Assembly: GCF_902713615.1 (NCBI RefSeq)
Contig: NC_052162.1
Location: 130,534,653 to 130,598,652 of the forward strand
Length of the DNA stretch: 64,000 nt
Direction of reading: 5' to 3'
Source: Scyliorhinus canicula
Taxonomy: Eukaryota
Below the pieces are notes generated by a model that was given only the letters and a program-made list of their open reading frames with translations, was not told where the DNA came from and ran no database searches. Positions 61,816-64,000 of this stretch are shown piece by piece. Numbering within the stretch: position 1 is the first letter of the stretch; each line of letters starts with the position of its first letter. The translations under genes were made by a program, and so were the position numbers.

Positions 61816-62726
61816 GAGGTACGGTGCCAAAGAGGCCCGGCCAACCACGCCCACATGTTCTGGTCTTGCCCCAGACTTGTGGAGTACTGGACAGCCTTCT
61901 TCGAGGCTATGTCCAAAGTGGTGGGGGTGAGGGTGGAGCCATGCCCGATAGTGGCGGTCTTCGGGGTTTGAGACCCGCCAGATCTATTCCTGGGGAGGAG
62001 GGCGGACGCCCTTGCCTTTGCCTCCCTGATCACCCGCCGTAGAATCCTGTTTGGCTGGCGGTCAGCAGCACCGCCCAGAGCTGCAGACTGGCTGTCCGAC
62101 CTCTCGGAATCTCTCCAAATGGAGAAAATCAAATTCGCCATCCGAGGGTCAGACGACGGCTTCCACAGAACGTGGGAGCCATTCATGCAACTGTTCCGGG
62201 ACCTGTTTGTGGCCAACGAACAAGAGGAAGAATAGTCGGGTGGCCAAGAATCAGGGGAAAATGGACGGGAATCGAGGGAAGGTAGCCGGGGGGAGGGGGG
62301 GCTACGGGTTCGTTATGGGGGTTTGTCCTCATGGTTTTATGCTTATTTCTTTTTCTTGTTGATTTATTGTTTTTGTATTGGAGGGGAGGGGTTACTGTTT
62401 TTCTCTGTTGTGATAAAATTTGTTGTTGAAGACTTGAATAAAAATTATTCCAAAAAAAAGGAAGGACAAAGCCGCAAGCGACAGTCTGATGGCAAGCTAA
62501 GGCCCAAAACCAAATTGTAAATAAATGCCTATAAACATGTGCCTCGGCCATATTGGGGAATGTAAAATATGTATGCCGGTTAAAGGGGATGGCCACAGTT
62601 GTTATTATGAAGATGCTTACCTGTAAATATACATGTTAATTTTTGCGTGTTTTTTTTTCTAATAATTTGTAATTTGTTGGATATAAAATGTGAAAACTCA
62701 ATAAAAAACATTTACAAAAAAAAATA
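61816..62726 (+). mobile_element. 5'-truncated L1 (ORF2 Cys-rich end and 3' UTR) inserted in an S3 SINE
   Basis: RCQRGPANHAHMFWSCPRLVEYW; A tail; TSD AATGATGACC (61806-61815, 62727-62736). Confidence 0.85.
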
Positions 62727-63510
62727 AATGATGACCTAGGAAACCATTGTCAACTGTTGTAAAAACCCACCAGGTTCACAAGTGCCCTTTAGGGAAGGAA
62801 ATCTCCCACCCCTACCCAGTCTGGCCTACATGTGATTCCAGATCCACAGCAATGTGTTTGACTCTTAACAGCACCTCCCCCCCAGGGCAAATAGGGATGG
62901 GCAATAAATGCAGCTCCAGCCAGCAACACCCACGCCCCAGGAACAAATAAAACAAATAGAGATGAGTGAGCAGAAGGTGAGTTTTGTGGATAAGGGGAGC
63001 CTTGAAAGAGCATGAGAGATGGGAGAGAAACTGGTTCAGGGCTCAGACAAGGAGGAACCACAAGAGGCAGTCTGGCCCGGTGAGCCAGTGGGAGGGAGCG
63101 GGAGCAGCAGATCAGATTGTGTCAATCTCGGTGACAAATCAGCTCCATGAGCTCTGCACACCTATTGTTGGGCATTCATACAAAGAGGTGAATTTGAAGC
63201 TGGAGGTGGCCAATCGGCCCCTCAAGCCTGCTCCACCATTCAGTAAGAACACAGCTGATCTGACTGTAACCTCAACTCCGTGTTCCCACATATCCCAATA
63301 ACCTTTCACCCCCTCACTTCCTGTTACAATCCTTGGCCAACCCGTGGGATGTGGGGTGACATGCATTTAGGGACCAATGATGTTTTCTTTGTCGTAGATA
63401 AAGGATGAGATTCAAGACGCTTACCAAGTGAATAAAGCTGTAAGACTTCAGGGATTTTGAATTTTAAAAAAAAACTATAGACAAGGTCAGAAGGATAATA
63501 ACATTGACAA

Positions 63511-64000
63511 AGGGCTGGATTCTCTGCACCCCGACGCGGAAATCGCAGCCGGCGCAGGGGCGGAGAATCCATTTTCCCGCAAGGAATCAGGACCGCCGCC
63601 GGATCCCCGATTCGGGGAGTACGCCGCACCGTCTGGGACCTATCGGGGGCCATTTTCAGAGGCCCGCTCTGCCATTCTCCGGCCAAAGTCCCAACGGCGT
63701 GGAACTAACCTGCTCCAGGTCGGGCGGGATACTCGCGTGGCGGCTGCGTACTCAGTCCGCGGCTGCCCTGGTCGTGGGCGGGCCGATCGGAGGGAGGGGG
63801 GCCTTATAGACGACCGGTAAATGCTTCTGTGGGCGTTGAGGACTGGCCGCGCGACTGATCGGAGGGTTTATATTTTGGGTCCAGCTCCGCGGTCCGAGTC
63901 CGCCATGGAGGACAGTGCGGCCGCTGGAGGCAGCCGCCATGCAAATGCCTCCGACCCGGAAGTGTGGGGGTCCGTATCTGCAGCAAAAGCTGCGAGATCC
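63511..64000. mobile_element. GC-rich MITE-like element running off the window end
   Basis: Begins GGGCTGGATTCTC, similar to the GGGCGCGATTCTC TIR; CpG rich. Confidence 0.6.

Overview
Eukaryotic, repeat-dense vertebrate DNA. HE1/V-SINE-type SINEs, CR1, Rex1/Babar, L1 and Penelope relics point to a cartilaginous fish, probably a shark (inference). The genes are six C2H2 zinc-finger genes with no visible KRAB/SCAN/BTB domain, arranged as three head-to-head pairs around CpG-rich promoters (~11.7, ~22.5, ~54.5 kb). There is also a probable relic of a seventh unit and one intronless BTB-BACK-(MATH-like) ORF at 36472-37779. Most notable: (1) a complete ORF1-only L1 element (HAL1-like) with a 16-bp TSD and an empty-site paralog in the window; (2) a conserved ZNF C-terminal peptide lying behind a codon that is TGA in some paralogs and sense in others; (3) a shared palindromic promoter module; (4) SINEs that mix heads and tails; (5) Penelope-type hammerhead ribozyme motifs. 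Repeat coordinates were read by eye and are approximate. No searches were run.
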